Assembly: GCF_014212355.1 (NCBI RefSeq)
Contig: NZ_JACKXD010000001.1
Location: 231,143 to 271,142 of the forward strand
Direction: 5' to 3'
From: Halobellus ruber
GTDB taxonomy: Archaea > Halobacteriota > Halobacteria > Halobacteriales > Haloferacaceae
Length of the DNA: 40,000 bases
The notes below the pieces were generated by a model, which was not told the origin of the DNA, did no database searches, and was given only the letters and a program-made list of their open reading frames with translations. Below are positions 9,157 to 18,760 of this stretch, one piece after another (position 1 is the first letter of the stretch; each line of letters begins with the position of its first letter). Both the position numbers and the translations under genes were made by a program.

Positions 9157-9312
9157 GGGACCCACCTCTCGTGGTGGCGTACGACAGTTGCTGTCGTAGA
9201 AGCGACTGTCACGGGACCCACCTCTCGTGGTGGCGTACGACAGTTGCTGTCGTAGAAGCGACTGTCACGGGACCCACCTCTCGTGGTGGCGTACGAGAGT
9301 CGCTGTCGGTCT
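9145..9312. repeat. 56-bp tandem repeat, 3 copies (two identical, the third diverging), spanning the purQ start and the purS-purQ spacer
   Basis: 9145-9200 is identical to 9201-9256. 9257-9312 has 2 mismatches and then decays. The ORF track shows two plus-strand ORFs (9171.., 9227..) beginning with the same 23 residues. Confidence 0.95.
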
Positions 9313-9332
9313 TGGAGCGCGAGAAACGACCC

Positions 9333-9587
9333 TCATTCCGAGTCGTCCACCTCGACGTCGTAGTCGTGGATCGTCGGGTTCGCGAGCAGCCGCTCGGCCA
9401 TCTCGTCGGCGCGGTCGGCCGCGGCCGACGCGGAGTCGGCCTCTAAGTCGACCTCGAAGCGGTCCGCCGACCGGAGGGCTTCGAGCTCGAACCCCAGGCG
9501 TTCGAGCGCCCGCTTCGTCGTCTCGGCCTCGGGATCCAGCACGCCCCGCTTGAGCCGAACCGTCACCGTCGCGGTGTACGTCGTCAT
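9333..9587 (-). CDS. purS: phosphoribosylformylglycinamidine synthase subunit PurS
   Basis: This is the 3' part of ORF 9333..9809(-), with ATG at 9585-9587. The 84-aa product is MTTYTATVTVRLKRGVLDPEAETTKRALERLGF..., which fits the PurS family, and the gene sits in purC-purS-purQ order. Confidence 0.85.
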   Translation of the reverse strand: MTTYTATVTVRLKRGVLDPEAETTKRALERLGFELEALRSADRFEVDLEADSASAAADRADEMAERLLANPTIHDYDVEVDDSE

Positions 9588-9663
9588 CGCTTCCAACTCC
9601 GCGGTGGGGTGGCAAAGTCGTTTTGGACCGGGCGAACCCGGCGGACGCCGACACAGCCCCGGC

Positions 9664-10701
9664 TCACAGTTCGCGCACCCGCTCGACGGCGTCGCCCATC
9701 GCGGGCGCGTCGAACCACTCGGTCCCGGTGTAAGCGTTCGCGCCCGCGGCGTAGAGGTCCGAGACGGCATCGAGCACCGCCTCCGGAAGCGGCTCCGGCG
9801 AGCGGTCACACAGCTCCCGCCAGTCGGCGACGCCCTCCTCGGCGCGCGCCTCCGATTTCGCCGCCGAGACCGCCTCGACCCACTCGGGGTCGGTCCGCTT
9901 GTAGTACTGCCGGATCACCTCCTTGGAGACCTCCTGGCCGTCGTAGGCGAAGCGGTTCTCGTCGAACGTCCCGACCACGTCCGCGATCTTGATGGTGCCC
10001 TCGTGGTAGAGACACTCGATCTTGCCGTCCTCGTGACGGAACCCCCGACTTTCGGCCCGTTCGTTCAGGATTTCGTTGACCCCGAGCGCGACCGACTCCA
10101 ACTCGTCGAGGTCCGCCCTGCCGGCGATCCGGTCGGCCTCCGGACGGTCGAGATACCGGTCCTGCTCCTCGTACTTCGTCGAGAACTCAACCACGGGCTC
10201 CGGGAGGTCGATCGTCTCCTCGGGCCAGGTGTCGGCGTCGAGGCCGTAGTCGGCGGGCGACCCCCGCGAGCGGAGGCTCGACCCGACCGGGACGGTGTTC
10301 CGGAAGACGATCTCCAGCGGGATCATGTAGTTCCCGCCGGCAGCGTCGTGGTAGGCGTCGTAGTCGTACTCGTCGCCGAGGTACGGCAGGTCCGGGACCT
10401 GCGTGAGTTCGATCGCCATCGCCGTCGGCGGCGCGGCACAGTCGTCGAGGTCGACGGGGCGGTCGCCACCGCGTACCTCCGGCCCGTAGACGCCGCGGTA
10501 GTGGGTCGACACGCCCTCGTCCTCGAGGACCTCGAAGTTGTGCGCGCCCATCGTACACAGCGATGCACCCTTCCGTGGGACGTGATCGGGCATCTCGCCC
10601 CAGTCGAAGACGGAGTACCGGTCGGTGAAGACGAACCGGCCCCGCCCGAGGTCGGTGCCGGTGGGCTCCCGGACCACCCGGAACTCCTTGACGCTCGTCA
10701 T
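9664..10701 (-). CDS. purC: phosphoribosylaminoimidazole-succinocarboxamide (SAICAR) synthase
   Basis: ORF 9664..10833(-). Start taken at ATG 10699-10701 ([35 protein letters not shown]...). This is the long archaeal-type PurC. Confidence 0.85.
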   Translation of the reverse strand: MTSVKEFRVVREPTGTDLGRGRFVFTDRYSVFDWGEMPDHVPRKGASLCTMGAHNFEVLEDEGVSTHYRGVYGPEVRGGDRPVDLDDCAAPPTAMAIELTQVPDLPYLGDEYDYDAYHDAAGGNYMIPLEIVFRNTVPVGSSLRSRGSPADYGLDADTWPEETIDLPEPVVEFSTKYEEQDRYLDRPEADRIAGRADLDELESVALGVNEILNERAESRGFRHEDGKIECLYHEGTIKIADVVGTFDENRFAYDGQEVSKEVIRQYYKRTDPEWVEAVSAAKSEARAEEGVADWRELCDRSPEPLPEAVLDAVSDLYAAGANAYTGTEWFDAPAMGDAVERVREL

Positions 10702-10820
10702 ACGCCGAACTCCCGGCGGCAGCGCACAAAAGGGTTCACCTCCGCGAACGCGGCCGGCGTCGGGGTCCGGCCGCTTCCGGTACCACTGCCGTTTTTGTCG
10801 CCCGCGACCCTGGGTAGCGT

Positions 10821-12212
10821 ATGCACGAGCCACCCGTCCCGGGCGACGGCGACTTCGAGTTCTCGATCGTCCCCGAGACGGACCAGTCGTTCGAGAACGC
10901 CCTTGCGGCCGCCCGGGACGGCGACCGGCTCACGGTCGACGACGGGATCGAACTCGTCACCACGGGCACCGACGTCGACGGCATCGACCCGGTCCGAAAG
11001 GAGCAGGTGCTGGAAGCCGCCGACCGGCGACGCGCGGAGGTCGTCGGCGACGAGGTGACGTTCGTCGCCAACCTCAACAACAACGTCACGACCGCGTGTA
11101 ACACCGGCTGCCTGTTCTGCAACTTCAAGGACACCGCCCACCGGTTCGAGGCCGACAGCGGGGCCGACCACGCGGGGTTCACGAAAACGCCCGCGGAGTC
11201 CCGCGCGGCCGTCGAGGAGGCGCTCGGAATGGGGATCTACGAGGTCACCTCGGTCTCGGGGCTCCACCCCGCCTTCGCGCTGAACGACGAGCACCACGAG
11301 ATCCTGGCCGGCCACGACGACCCCGCGACGCAGGTGAACTACAAGCCGCCCGCAGTCTACGAGACGGATCCCGGAACCTACCTCGACCAGTTGCGCGCGA
11401 TGTCGGTCGGCGGCGTCCACCTCCACTCGATGACTCCCGAGGAGGCCGCCCACGCACGGCGCGGCACCGACTGGTCCTACGAGTCGGTCTACCGGAAACT
11501 CCGGGCTGCCGGCCTCGACTCCGCGCCGGGGACGGCCGCGGAGATCCTCGTCGAGGAGGTCCGCGACGTGATCTGTCCCGGGAAGATCGGCAGCGACGAG
11601 TGGGTCGACGCGATGGAGGGCGCGATCGCCGCCGGCCTCGACGTCACCGCCACGATGATGTACGGCCACGTCGAGAACGCCGCCCACCGGATCCACCACC
11701 TGCAGACCGTCCGCGACCTCCAGGACCGAACCGGCGGGATCACGGAGTTCGTCCCGCTGTCCTTCGTCCATCAGAACACCCCGCTGTACGAACGCGGCGT
11801 CGTCGACGGTGGCGCCAGCGATGCGGAAGACGAACTCGTGATCGCGGTTTCGAGACTGTTCCTCGACAACGTCGAGAACGTCCAGTCGTCGTGGGTGAAG
11901 TTCGGCGACGCGAAGGCGCTGAAGCTGCTGAACTGCGGCGCCAACGACCTGATGGGAACGATCCTCTCCGAGGAGATCACCACCCGCGCCGGCGGCACCC
12001 ACGGCGAGTTTCGGTCGTTCGCCGATTACGTCGGGATGATCGACGCGATCGGCCGCCCGGCGGTCGAACGCTCCACCGACTACCGAACCCGGCGGCGGAT
12101 CGACCACGACGACCCGCCGCACGGCCCCGAACTCGGGCCGCGTGCCGACGGGACGCCGCTGCTCGGCAGTCGGGCGGCTCCGGGCCGCGACGCCGCCGGC
12201 GCGGACGACTGA
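10821..12212 (+). CDS. cofH: FO (7,8-didemethyl-8-hydroxy-5-deazariboflavin) synthase subunit CofH
   Basis: 463-aa ORF with ATG at 10821. It carries the radical-SAM CxxxCxxC motif as [11 protein letters not shown]. The F420 partners cofG and cofC lie nearby. Confidence 0.85.
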   Translation: MHEPPVPGDGDFEFSIVPETDQSFENALAAARDGDRLTVDDGIELVTTGTDVDGIDPVRKEQVLEAADRRRAEVVGDEVTFVANLNNNVTTACNTGCLFCNFKDTAHRFEADSGADHAGFTKTPAESRAAVEEALGMGIYEVTSVSGLHPAFALNDEHHEILAGHDDPATQVNYKPPAVYETDPGTYLDQLRAMSVGGVHLHSMTPEEAAHARRGTDWSYESVYRKLRAAGLDSAPGTAAEILVEEVRDVICPGKIGSDEWVDAMEGAIAAGLDVTATMMYGHVENAAHRIHHLQTVRDLQDRTGGITEFVPLSFVHQNTPLYERGVVDGGASDAEDELVIAVSRLFLDNVENVQSSWVKFGDAKALKLLNCGANDLMGTILSEEITTRAGGTHGEFRSFADYVGMIDAIGRPAVERSTDYRTRRRIDHDDPPHGPELGPRADGTPLLGSRAAPGRDAAGADD

Positions 12213-12278
12213 CAGAACCGGGGACGCCGTCGGATCGACCCGCGGATTATTGCTTCGGAGGCCCGAACGTACGGGCGA

Positions 12279-12863
12279 ATGAGGATCGCACTCATCGGAG
12301 TCGGGCAGGCCGGGGGAAGGTCGCGGAGGCGATCCTGGCGTACCGGGCGTCGAGCCGGACGGCGTTCGTCACCGACGCCCTCGCGGTCAACTCCGCGCGA
12401 GCCGACCTGCTCGGCCTCCGCCGGATCCCGACCGACGCCCGCATCCTCATCGCCCAGTCCCAGGCGAAGGGCCACGGCCGCGGCGCGGACAACGAACTCG
12501 GGGTCCGGATCGACGAGATCACCGTCCACGAGGTCGACGCGTTCCTCGTCACGGCCGGGCCGGGCGGTGGAACGGGCTCGGGCGCAACCCCCGTCATCGC
12601 CAGAGAACTCTCCGAAGTATACACCGAACCCGTCCACGGGCTCGGCGCGTTGCCCGGGAGCGACGAGGGCGGGATCTACGCGCTGACCGCCGCCCGGGAG
12701 GTCGACAACCTGCTGGTCTTCGACAACGACGCCTGGCGCCGCTCCGGGGAGAGCCTCGGGGGCGGCTACGCGAGCCTCAACGAGGAGATCGCGCGCCGCC
12801 GAACGCCCGCCCGAACTCCGGGAGACGATCCGGAACGCCGACGGGATCGATCCCCCGTTCTGA
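12279..12863 (+). pseudogene. decayed CetZ (tubulin/FtsZ-family) paralogue: frameshifted, internally deleted, C-terminal domain missing
   Basis: ATG 12279 gives MRIALIGVGQAGG in frame 3. Homology then continues in frame 2 (KVAEAILAY...KGHGRGADNELG...AGPGGGTGSGATPV...LPGSDEGGIY...VDNLLVFDNDAWR...NEEIARR), so one G is missing in the run at 12312-12316. Two blocks (about 12 aa and about 7 aa) are absent relative to the intact cetZ at 15651-16832. Homology ends near 12800. Confidence 0.7.
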
Positions 12864-12920
12864 ACGGACGAGCCGGCGCTCGCTGCGCGTCTCGTGGGGC
12901 CCGGCAGGCTCTCGGAGCCG

Positions 12921-14087
12921 TCAGTCGCCGCTGGCGGGCGACGGGACCGCGAGCGGGCCCTCGCGTCTGGCGACGCTGCGGTACCGCTCGCCGTGGAGGT
13001 CGTCGGCGAGGATCGCGGCCTCGATCGGCTCCGGCAGCCACTCCCCGCGGGCCGGCGCCCCCGCGAAGCCGTCCCGACGGAACTCGTCGGGGAGATACCG
13101 GTCGTAGACGGGCAGCCGCTCGTGGAGCGGCACGCCCCCGGAGTCGGCGATGGCGCGCAGTTCCCGCAGCGCCGGCCACTCGTACTCGGGGTTGATGTAG
13201 TCCTTCGTGATCGGCGAGACGCCGCCCAAGTCGTCGACACCGCAGTCCAGGAGCTTTCGCGTCGGCGAGAGGTTCGGCGGCACCTGCACCGAAACGTCGG
13301 CCGGGAGTGCCGCTCGGGCCATCGCGACGGTCTTGCGCATCGTCGCCACCGCCGGCCGCTCGAAGTCCGACCGCTCGTTGGGGACGACGTTCTGGACGAT
13401 CACCTCCTGGACGTGGTCGTAGCGGTCGTGGAGGTCGGCGATCGCGAGCAGGCTCTCGGCGCGGTCCCGCTCGGTCTCGCCGATCCCGACCAGGATCCCC
13501 GTCGTGAACGGCACGCCGACCTCCCCCGCGGCCCGGATCGTGTTCAGCCGCTGGCCCGGGGTCTTCCGACGGGAGCCGGCGTGGGCGTCGACGTCGGCGG
13601 TGGTTTCGAGCATCACTCCCATACTTGCGTTGACCGGCGCGACCCGCCGGAAGTCGGCCTCGGTCAGGTCCCCGGGGTTGGAGTGTGGAAGCAACCCCTC
13701 CTCTAACGCCGTCTCACAGCACGCCCGGAGGTAGCCGAGGATATCGTCGTAGCCCCACTCGTCTAATTGGTCGTGGATCGCCCCGTAGCGGGCGTCGGGC
13801 TCGTCGCCGAACGTGAAAAGCGCCTCCGTGCAGCCGGCGTCGGCACCGACCCGGAGCCGCTCGCGGACCTCCTCGGGGGAGAGAAGCGTCGCCTCGCCGG
13901 GCACGTCGTAGTACGTGCAGTAGGTGCACGTGTACCGACAGGCGGTGGTCAGCGGGACGAACACGTTCCGCGCGAAGGTGAGTTCCCCGGCCGCCTCGAC
14001 GTCCGCCGGCGTCGTCGACCGCACCGCTTCGACGTCCGACTCGTCGAGGGCGATATCGACGCCGTACTCCTCGGCCGCGGGGAACAT
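12921..14087 (-). CDS. cofG: FO synthase subunit CofG
   Basis: ORF 12921..14303(-). Start taken at ATG 14085-14087 (MFPAAEEYGVDIALDESD...). The radical-SAM motif is present as ACRYTCTYCTY. Confidence 0.85.
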   Translation of the reverse strand: MFPAAEEYGVDIALDESDVEAVRSTTPADVEAAGELTFARNVFVPLTTACRYTCTYCTYYDVPGEATLLSPEEVRERLRVGADAGCTEALFTFGDEPDARYGAIHDQLDEWGYDDILGYLRACCETALEEGLLPHSNPGDLTEADFRRVAPVNASMGVMLETTADVDAHAGSRRKTPGQRLNTIRAAGEVGVPFTTGILVGIGETERDRAESLLAIADLHDRYDHVQEVIVQNVVPNERSDFERPAVATMRKTVAMARAALPADVSVQVPPNLSPTRKLLDCGVDDLGGVSPITKDYINPEYEWPALRELRAIADSGGVPLHERLPVYDRYLPDEFRRDGFAGAPARGEWLPEPIEAAILADDLHGERYRSVARREGPLAVPSPASGD

Positions 14088-14218
14088 CGTGGTCCGACCT
14101 GGGGAGTGGACGTACAAAAACTGTCGTGGTGCCGGAACTCCGTGCCACTGCCGTCGGTCCCTTCTCGGGGCGCTCCTCCGACACCCTCCTCCCGGAGCGT
14201 CGCAGCGTCCCCGCCCGC

Positions 14219-14881
14219 TCACTCCGGTCGCTCGCCGGACTCCCGCCTGACCCCGACCCGACCCCCGCTGGTGTCGAGTTCGATGCCGGCGTCGACCAGC
14301 CACTCGCGAGCCCGGCCGTCGCCGTGGAGCAGCACCTCCGCGAGATCTTCGGGTTCGTCGACGTCGGTGGCGAGCCGCATCGAATCCACCACGCTGACCG
14401 ACAACCCCGCCGCCGCGGCCGCCTCACGATGGTCCCGGTACGACGCGCCGTGGTAGTCGACCGAGAAGGCCGGGTCGCGAACGATCACGGCGTTGGTTCC
14501 GCCGCCGCGACCCGGCGCGACGGCGACGTCGCCGCCGGCAGCCGAGAGCCGATCGAGCGCTGTCGGCGTCGCGAGCGGCAGGTCCGCCATCACGACGCCC
14601 AGTTCGGGGACGCCCTCCCCGACCCGGTCGAGCACGGCGTCGACGGCGGGCGTCAGCGCCCGGTCGTCGACGGTCGTCGGCACGTCACCGAGGTCGACGT
14701 CCGCCTCGACGGCGCCGATGGGTTCCGGCACCAGGAGTTCCGGCGTGTGCCCCGCGGCGCTGACGGTCTCGACGACGTCGCCGAGCATCGCGCGTGCGAA
14801 AGCGCGCCGCTCCGGCCCCGAGAGCACCGGGGCCAGTCGGCTCTTGGGGTCGCGGCCGGTGTACGGAACGACGATGCGCAT
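14219..14881 (-). CDS. cofC: 2-phospho-L-lactate guanylyltransferase
   Basis: 220-aa ORF with ATG at 14879-14881. The sequence MRIVVPYTGRDPKSRL...GGTNAVIV... follows the CofC family pattern, and cofG lies next to it. Confidence 0.8.
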   Translation of the reverse strand: MRIVVPYTGRDPKSRLAPVLSGPERRAFARAMLGDVVETVSAAGHTPELLVPEPIGAVEADVDLGDVPTTVDDRALTPAVDAVLDRVGEGVPELGVVMADLPLATPTALDRLSAAGGDVAVAPGRGGGTNAVIVRDPAFSVDYHGASYRDHREAAAAAGLSVSVVDSMRLATDVDEPEDLAEVLLHGDGRAREWLVDAGIELDTSGGRVGVRRESGERPE

Positions 14882-14890
14882 CGACGGGGG

Positions 14891-15685
14891 TCAGCCCAGC
14901 CTGTCGGGGCCGCCCTGCTGTGACCGCCAGTAGAGGAACCCGCCGACGACCAGGCCGATCACGACTACCCCACCGACGCCGTACAGCGCAAAGCGGGTCA
15001 GCCGGTTCGACTGCCTCGTCTGTTTGGCGTCCTCCTGCGCCTGGGTCGCGAGGTCTGTCGCGAGCCCGAACTCGTCGCCGTCGCCGTTGTACGCCTCGAT
15101 GGCGCGCTGGAGGTCCTGCTCGGCGGACTGGGAGTTCACCTCGCCGACGGCCGCGGCGGCGTCGTCGATGGCGTTCCGCGCCTCCCGGCTCTCCTGGGTG
15201 TAGTGTGTCGCGGACCACGAGTCGATGGCGTTACTCGATCCGCCCTCGCGGGCCTGGGTCAGGGCGAGTACCGTGAACGACTGCGGCGGGTCGTAGGAGT
15301 ACTCCGACACCTCGGGGACGGTTCCGGTGATCCGCACCCGCACCTCGCTTGTGCCCTCCTCGGCGGAGACCTGCGCCCCGGAGAACGACTGGCCGTCGAA
15401 GGACTGCTGAGCCACCCTCGCGCCGGTCTGGTCGTAGTACTCCACCGTCCACGTCACGTCCGTGAGTTCGGTCCGCCCTTCGAGGGTCCACGTCTCAAGT
15501 TGGGGGTTCTGGTACAGTTCCGTCAGCGTGACCGTCGCCGTGATCTGTGTGCCGACCTCCGCGTCGCTCGCGACCGTCGAGTCGCCGACCGAAACGCCGG
15601 CAGCGGGGACCGAAGCCACGGAGAGGGCGAGGAGACAGACCACCGCGAGTTTAGAAAAGCGACTCCAGCTCGTCTTCGTCATCAT
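14891..15685 (-). CDS. hypothetical secreted, C-terminally membrane-anchored protein (264 aa)
   Basis: ATGATG start at 15680-15685. The N-terminus is a signal peptide (MMTKTSWSRFSKLAVVCLLALSVASVPAAG). It is followed by an acidic, beta-rich ectodomain and a C-terminal TM helix (FALYGVGGVVVIGLVVGGFLYW). The start overlaps the cetZ 3' end by 35 nt. Confidence 0.6.
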   Translation of the reverse strand: MMTKTSWSRFSKLAVVCLLALSVASVPAAGVSVGDSTVASDAEVGTQITATVTLTELYQNPQLETWTLEGRTELTDVTWTVEYYDQTGARVAQQSFDGQSFSGAQVSAEEGTSEVRVRITGTVPEVSEYSYDPPQSFTVLALTQAREGGSSNAIDSWSATHYTQESREARNAIDDAAAAVGEVNSQSAEQDLQRAIEAYNGDGDEFGLATDLATQAQEDAKQTRQSNRLTRFALYGVGGVVVIGLVVGGFLYWRSQQGGPDRLG

Positions 15686-16832
15686 TGATGAGATCGTCTA
15701 GATTGTCCTGGCTCTCGTTCCTAATGTCGTCGATGTTGTCTTGCGCCTCGATAGCGACCTGCTGGAGCTCCTTGATCCGCGGCACGTTGGTGACACCCGA
15801 GAGGAGGACGACCGACGCGACGCGGCCGGAGTCGGTGATGGGGTAATCGCCGCCGCGGACCTCCATACTCCCGGTCTGCTCTTCGATCCACTTCCGGCCC
15901 CGTTCGATCCCCTTTCTGTTCAGGTGCCGCGGCGGCCCCGCCAGAACCAACAGGGCCCGTTCGGTGCCCTCGATCTCACACGGAAGCGTCAGGCGGCCGA
16001 GGGCGGCCTTCCGAACGAGGGAGGTGATCCGGTTCGTCGTGTGTGCGCTGTCGAGGTCGTCGTCGTCGTCGCCGCCGGTGATGCGTGAGAGCAGCCCCCC
16101 GTTGGAGGAGCTGGTTTCGACGGTCTCCGAGGCGTACCCGATGGTGGAGACGCCGCCGCCCGCAAGCGTGTTGATGATCTCCGAGGAGTCCACGACGCTC
16201 TCTGCGACCTCGCCGCCCTGGCCGATCTCGCCCGCCCCGAAGAGCACGCCGAACCGGGTGACGATCTCCTCGTTGATCTCGTCATACCCGCCCTGGACCG
16301 ACTCGCCGGTCTTCCGCCAGGCGTCGTTGTCGAAGACCAGCAGGTTGTCGACCTCCCGGACGAACGTCTGGAACGATCGGGCAGCGTTCAACGTGTAGAT
16401 CCCGCCCTCGTCGCTCCCGGGCAGCACGCCGAGCCCGTAGACGGGCTCGGTGTAGATCCGCTGGAGGTGCTTTGCGAGCACGGGCGACCCGCCGCTGCCG
16501 GTCCCGCCCCCGAGCCCGGCGACGATGAGGAACGCGTCGACCTCGTGGACCGGGACGCTGTCGATCGCCCCCTGGATCTCGTCGATGTCCTCCTCGGCGA
16601 CCTCCGCGCCCAGTTCGTTGTCGGCCCCGACCCCGTGGCCTTTCACCCTCGATTGGCCGATGAGGACCCGCTTCTCCTCGGGAACGTGTTCCAACCCCAT
16701 CAGATCGGCCTTTGCGGTGTTGACCGCGATCGCGGCACGGACGATCCCCGAGTTGTGTTTTTTGTCGTACTCGAGGAACTTGTCGACGACCTTTCCCCCG
16801 GCCTGCCCGAAACCGACCATTGCGAGTTTCAT
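15651..16832 (-). CDS. cetZ: CetZ, tubulin/FtsZ-family cell-shape protein (CetZ1-like)
   Basis: 393-aa ORF with ATG at 16830-16832. It has the MKLAMVGFGQAGGKV N-terminus, the GGGTGSG tubulin signature, the VDNLLVFDNDAW block and the acidic tail DDEDELESLF. Confidence 0.9.
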   Translation of the reverse strand: MKLAMVGFGQAGGKVVDKFLEYDKKHNSGIVRAAIAVNTAKADLMGLEHVPEEKRVLIGQSRVKGHGVGADNELGAEVAEEDIDEIQGAIDSVPVHEVDAFLIVAGLGGGTGSGGSPVLAKHLQRIYTEPVYGLGVLPGSDEGGIYTLNAARSFQTFVREVDNLLVFDNDAWRKTGESVQGGYDEINEEIVTRFGVLFGAGEIGQGGEVAESVVDSSEIINTLAGGGVSTIGYASETVETSSSNGGLLSRITGGDDDDDLDSAHTTNRITSLVRKAALGRLTLPCEIEGTERALLVLAGPPRHLNRKGIERGRKWIEEQTGSMEVRGGDYPITDSGRVASVVLLSGVTNVPRIKELQQVAIEAQDNIDDIRNESQDNLDDLINDDEDELESLF

Positions 16833-17103
16833 ATATCGGGTCCCCTCTCCATTGGATGTATCACAGTGCTAACGCGAACATAAACCTTGTGATGGTACGG
16901 AACCGGTCCGTTCGGTGCCAGATCCGGAAAAACGCATTACGGCGACGGGATATTAATCACCCATTACACGTCAGTCCGGGCGGCGTCAGACGGTGCTTAT
17001 CAGTCTGTATATTCGGGGCGCCGGCGACACACCCGGCTCGGAGGGCCGGCCGGTGCCGTCGCACCCGTCGGCTCGGATCGGACCGGCCGCCGGCGGTTCG
17101 CCC

Positions 17104-18027
17104 CTACGACGTCGCGGCGGCGTCGGCGGCCTCGCTACCCGCGTGGCCGCCGAGGTACGACTTCAGCGTCGTGAGTTCGCCGACCCCGACGTCGAAGGCG
17201 TCGATGTCGTTGTCGTCGGTGACGTTGTCGAACTGCAGCGAGCGGTACTGGTCCGTCCCCATCGGGAACCCGGGGATCAGATCGCCGATGCTCAGCCCCA
17301 GTTTCGCCAGTCCCATCGGCACCGGAACCACGGTGGTCGACCGCCCGTCCGAGCGGTGGATCAGGCGGGCGATCTCCGCTAAGGTGAGTTTGTCGGGGCC
17401 GCCGATCTCGTAGGTTTCGCCGACGTGTTCCTCGGATTCGACCGCGTCGGCCAGCATCGGCACGAGGTCGCCGACCCAGATCGGCTGGAACCGGGTCCGG
17501 CCGCCGCCGGGGAGCGCGCTGACGTACGGCGGCGCCAACAGTTTCGTGAAGGAGACGAACTCCCCGCCGTCGCCGAAGACCACCGACGGACGGAAGATGG
17601 TGTACTCGAGGTCGGAGTCGGTGACGACCTCCTCGGCGCGGCCCTTCGAGCGGATGTAGGCCGTCGCCCCGTCGGGGTCGGCGCCCAGCGCGCTCATCTG
17701 GACGAACCGGTCGACGCCGTGTTCCTCGGCCGCGCGGACGACGTTCTCGGTTCCCTGGCGGTGGATCCGATCGTGCATCCGGTCGCCGCCGCTGGGTTTG
17801 AAAAGCGGCGACAGCGCCACGAGGTTGTACACCGCGTCCATCCCCTCGAACGCCTCGCTGATGGAGCCGTACTCGGTGACGTCGCCCATCGCCTTGCTCA
17901 CGCCGCCGGGCAGGGTCCCCCCGCCGGGGTTGCGCGACATCGCCGTTACGGTGTGGCCGCGCTCTTTCAACTCCGCACAGAGGGAGGTTCCGATGAACCC
18001 GGTCCCGCCGACGACGAGCACTTTCAT
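17104..18027 (-). CDS. NAD(P)H-binding protein, NDUFA9/NmrA-like (SDR superfamily)
   Basis: ORF 17104..18114(-). Start taken at ATG 18025-18027 (MKVLVVGGTGFIGTSLCAELKERGH), which gives the GxxGxxG Rossmann motif. Confidence 0.8.
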   Translation of the reverse strand: MKVLVVGGTGFIGTSLCAELKERGHTVTAMSRNPGGGTLPGGVSKAMGDVTEYGSISEAFEGMDAVYNLVALSPLFKPSGGDRMHDRIHRQGTENVVRAAEEHGVDRFVQMSALGADPDGATAYIRSKGRAEEVVTDSDLEYTIFRPSVVFGDGGEFVSFTKLLAPPYVSALPGGGRTRFQPIWVGDLVPMLADAVESEEHVGETYEIGGPDKLTLAEIARLIHRSDGRSTTVVPVPMGLAKLGLSIGDLIPGFPMGTDQYRSLQFDNVTDDNDIDAFDVGVGELTTLKSYLGGHAGSEAADAAATS

Positions 18028-18122
18028 ACGCGGAAAACCGCCCCGCGGCGACGTAAAGGTAACTGCCGCGGGACGACGCCGGACTCCGTGGGGTTTTACC
18101 GACGGACGCGCCACGTAGCGGT

Positions 18123-18722
18123 ATGCTCCTCACGCTGGAAGGGTTGGACGGCAGCGGGAAGACCACCGCGTGGGAGGCGCTCGCCGGCTCGTACCCCGAC
18201 GCGACCTTCACCCGGGAGCCGACCGACTCGTGGTACGGCGACGCCGTCACCCGCTCGCTGAACGACGACGACGCCGACCCGCTGGCGGAGCTGTTCCTGT
18301 TCACCGCCGACCACGCCGCCCACCTCTCGCGGGTGATCCGCCCGGCGCTCGCCGAGGGATCGCTCGTGGTCTCGGACCGCTACTCCGACTCCCGGATGGC
18401 CTACCAGGCCGCGTCGCTGTCGGCCGCTCCCCTCGCGGACGACCGCGACCCGCTGGGCTACGTCCGGGAGATCCACGAGCCGTTCTCGCGGCCCCCCGAC
18501 GCGACGATCTACCTCGACGTCGACCCCGAGACCGCCGCAGCGCGGGCGGGCGCGACCAACAAGTTCGAGCGCGCCGCCTACTTGGAGCGGGTCCGGGAGA
18601 ACTACGAGCGCCTGATCGACGCCGACCCCGACCGGTTCGTTCGTGTCGACGCCACACAACCCGAATCAGCCGTCGTCGAAGCGGTCGAACGCCACGTCGA
18701 GCGGCTGGTCGACGACGCGTAG
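18123..18722 (+). CDS. tmk: thymidylate kinase
   Basis: 199-aa ORF with ATG at 18123. It has the P-loop [11 protein letters not shown] and the DRY motif (SDRYSDS). Confidence 0.85.
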   Translation: MLLTLEGLDGSGKTTAWEALAGSYPDATFTREPTDSWYGDAVTRSLNDDDADPLAELFLFTADHAAHLSRVIRPALAEGSLVVSDRYSDSRMAYQAASLSAAPLADDRDPLGYVREIHEPFSRPPDATIYLDVDPETAAARAGATNKFERAAYLERVRENYERLIDADPDRFVRVDATQPESAVVEAVERHVERLVDDA

Positions 18723-18760
18723 GGGGGCTGTGAGCGGTGGCTCCCCGACCGCGGACCGGT

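Noticed and set aside
9145-9312. Possibility that the 56-bp repeats (and the 30-bp repeats at 37501-37570) form a CRISPR array
   Set aside because: The units are directly abutting with no spacers, there are only 2-3 copies, no cas genes are nearby, and the first unit is part of the purQ coding start.
12792-12863. Frame-3 tail AAERPPELRETIRNADGIDPPF* as a preserved CetZ C-terminus in the pseudogene
   Set aside because: It is in the same frame as the ATG and ends in a stop, but I cannot align it convincingly to the CetZ tail (…DDEDELESLF). It is treated as an uncertain extension, and the clear homology stops near 12800.
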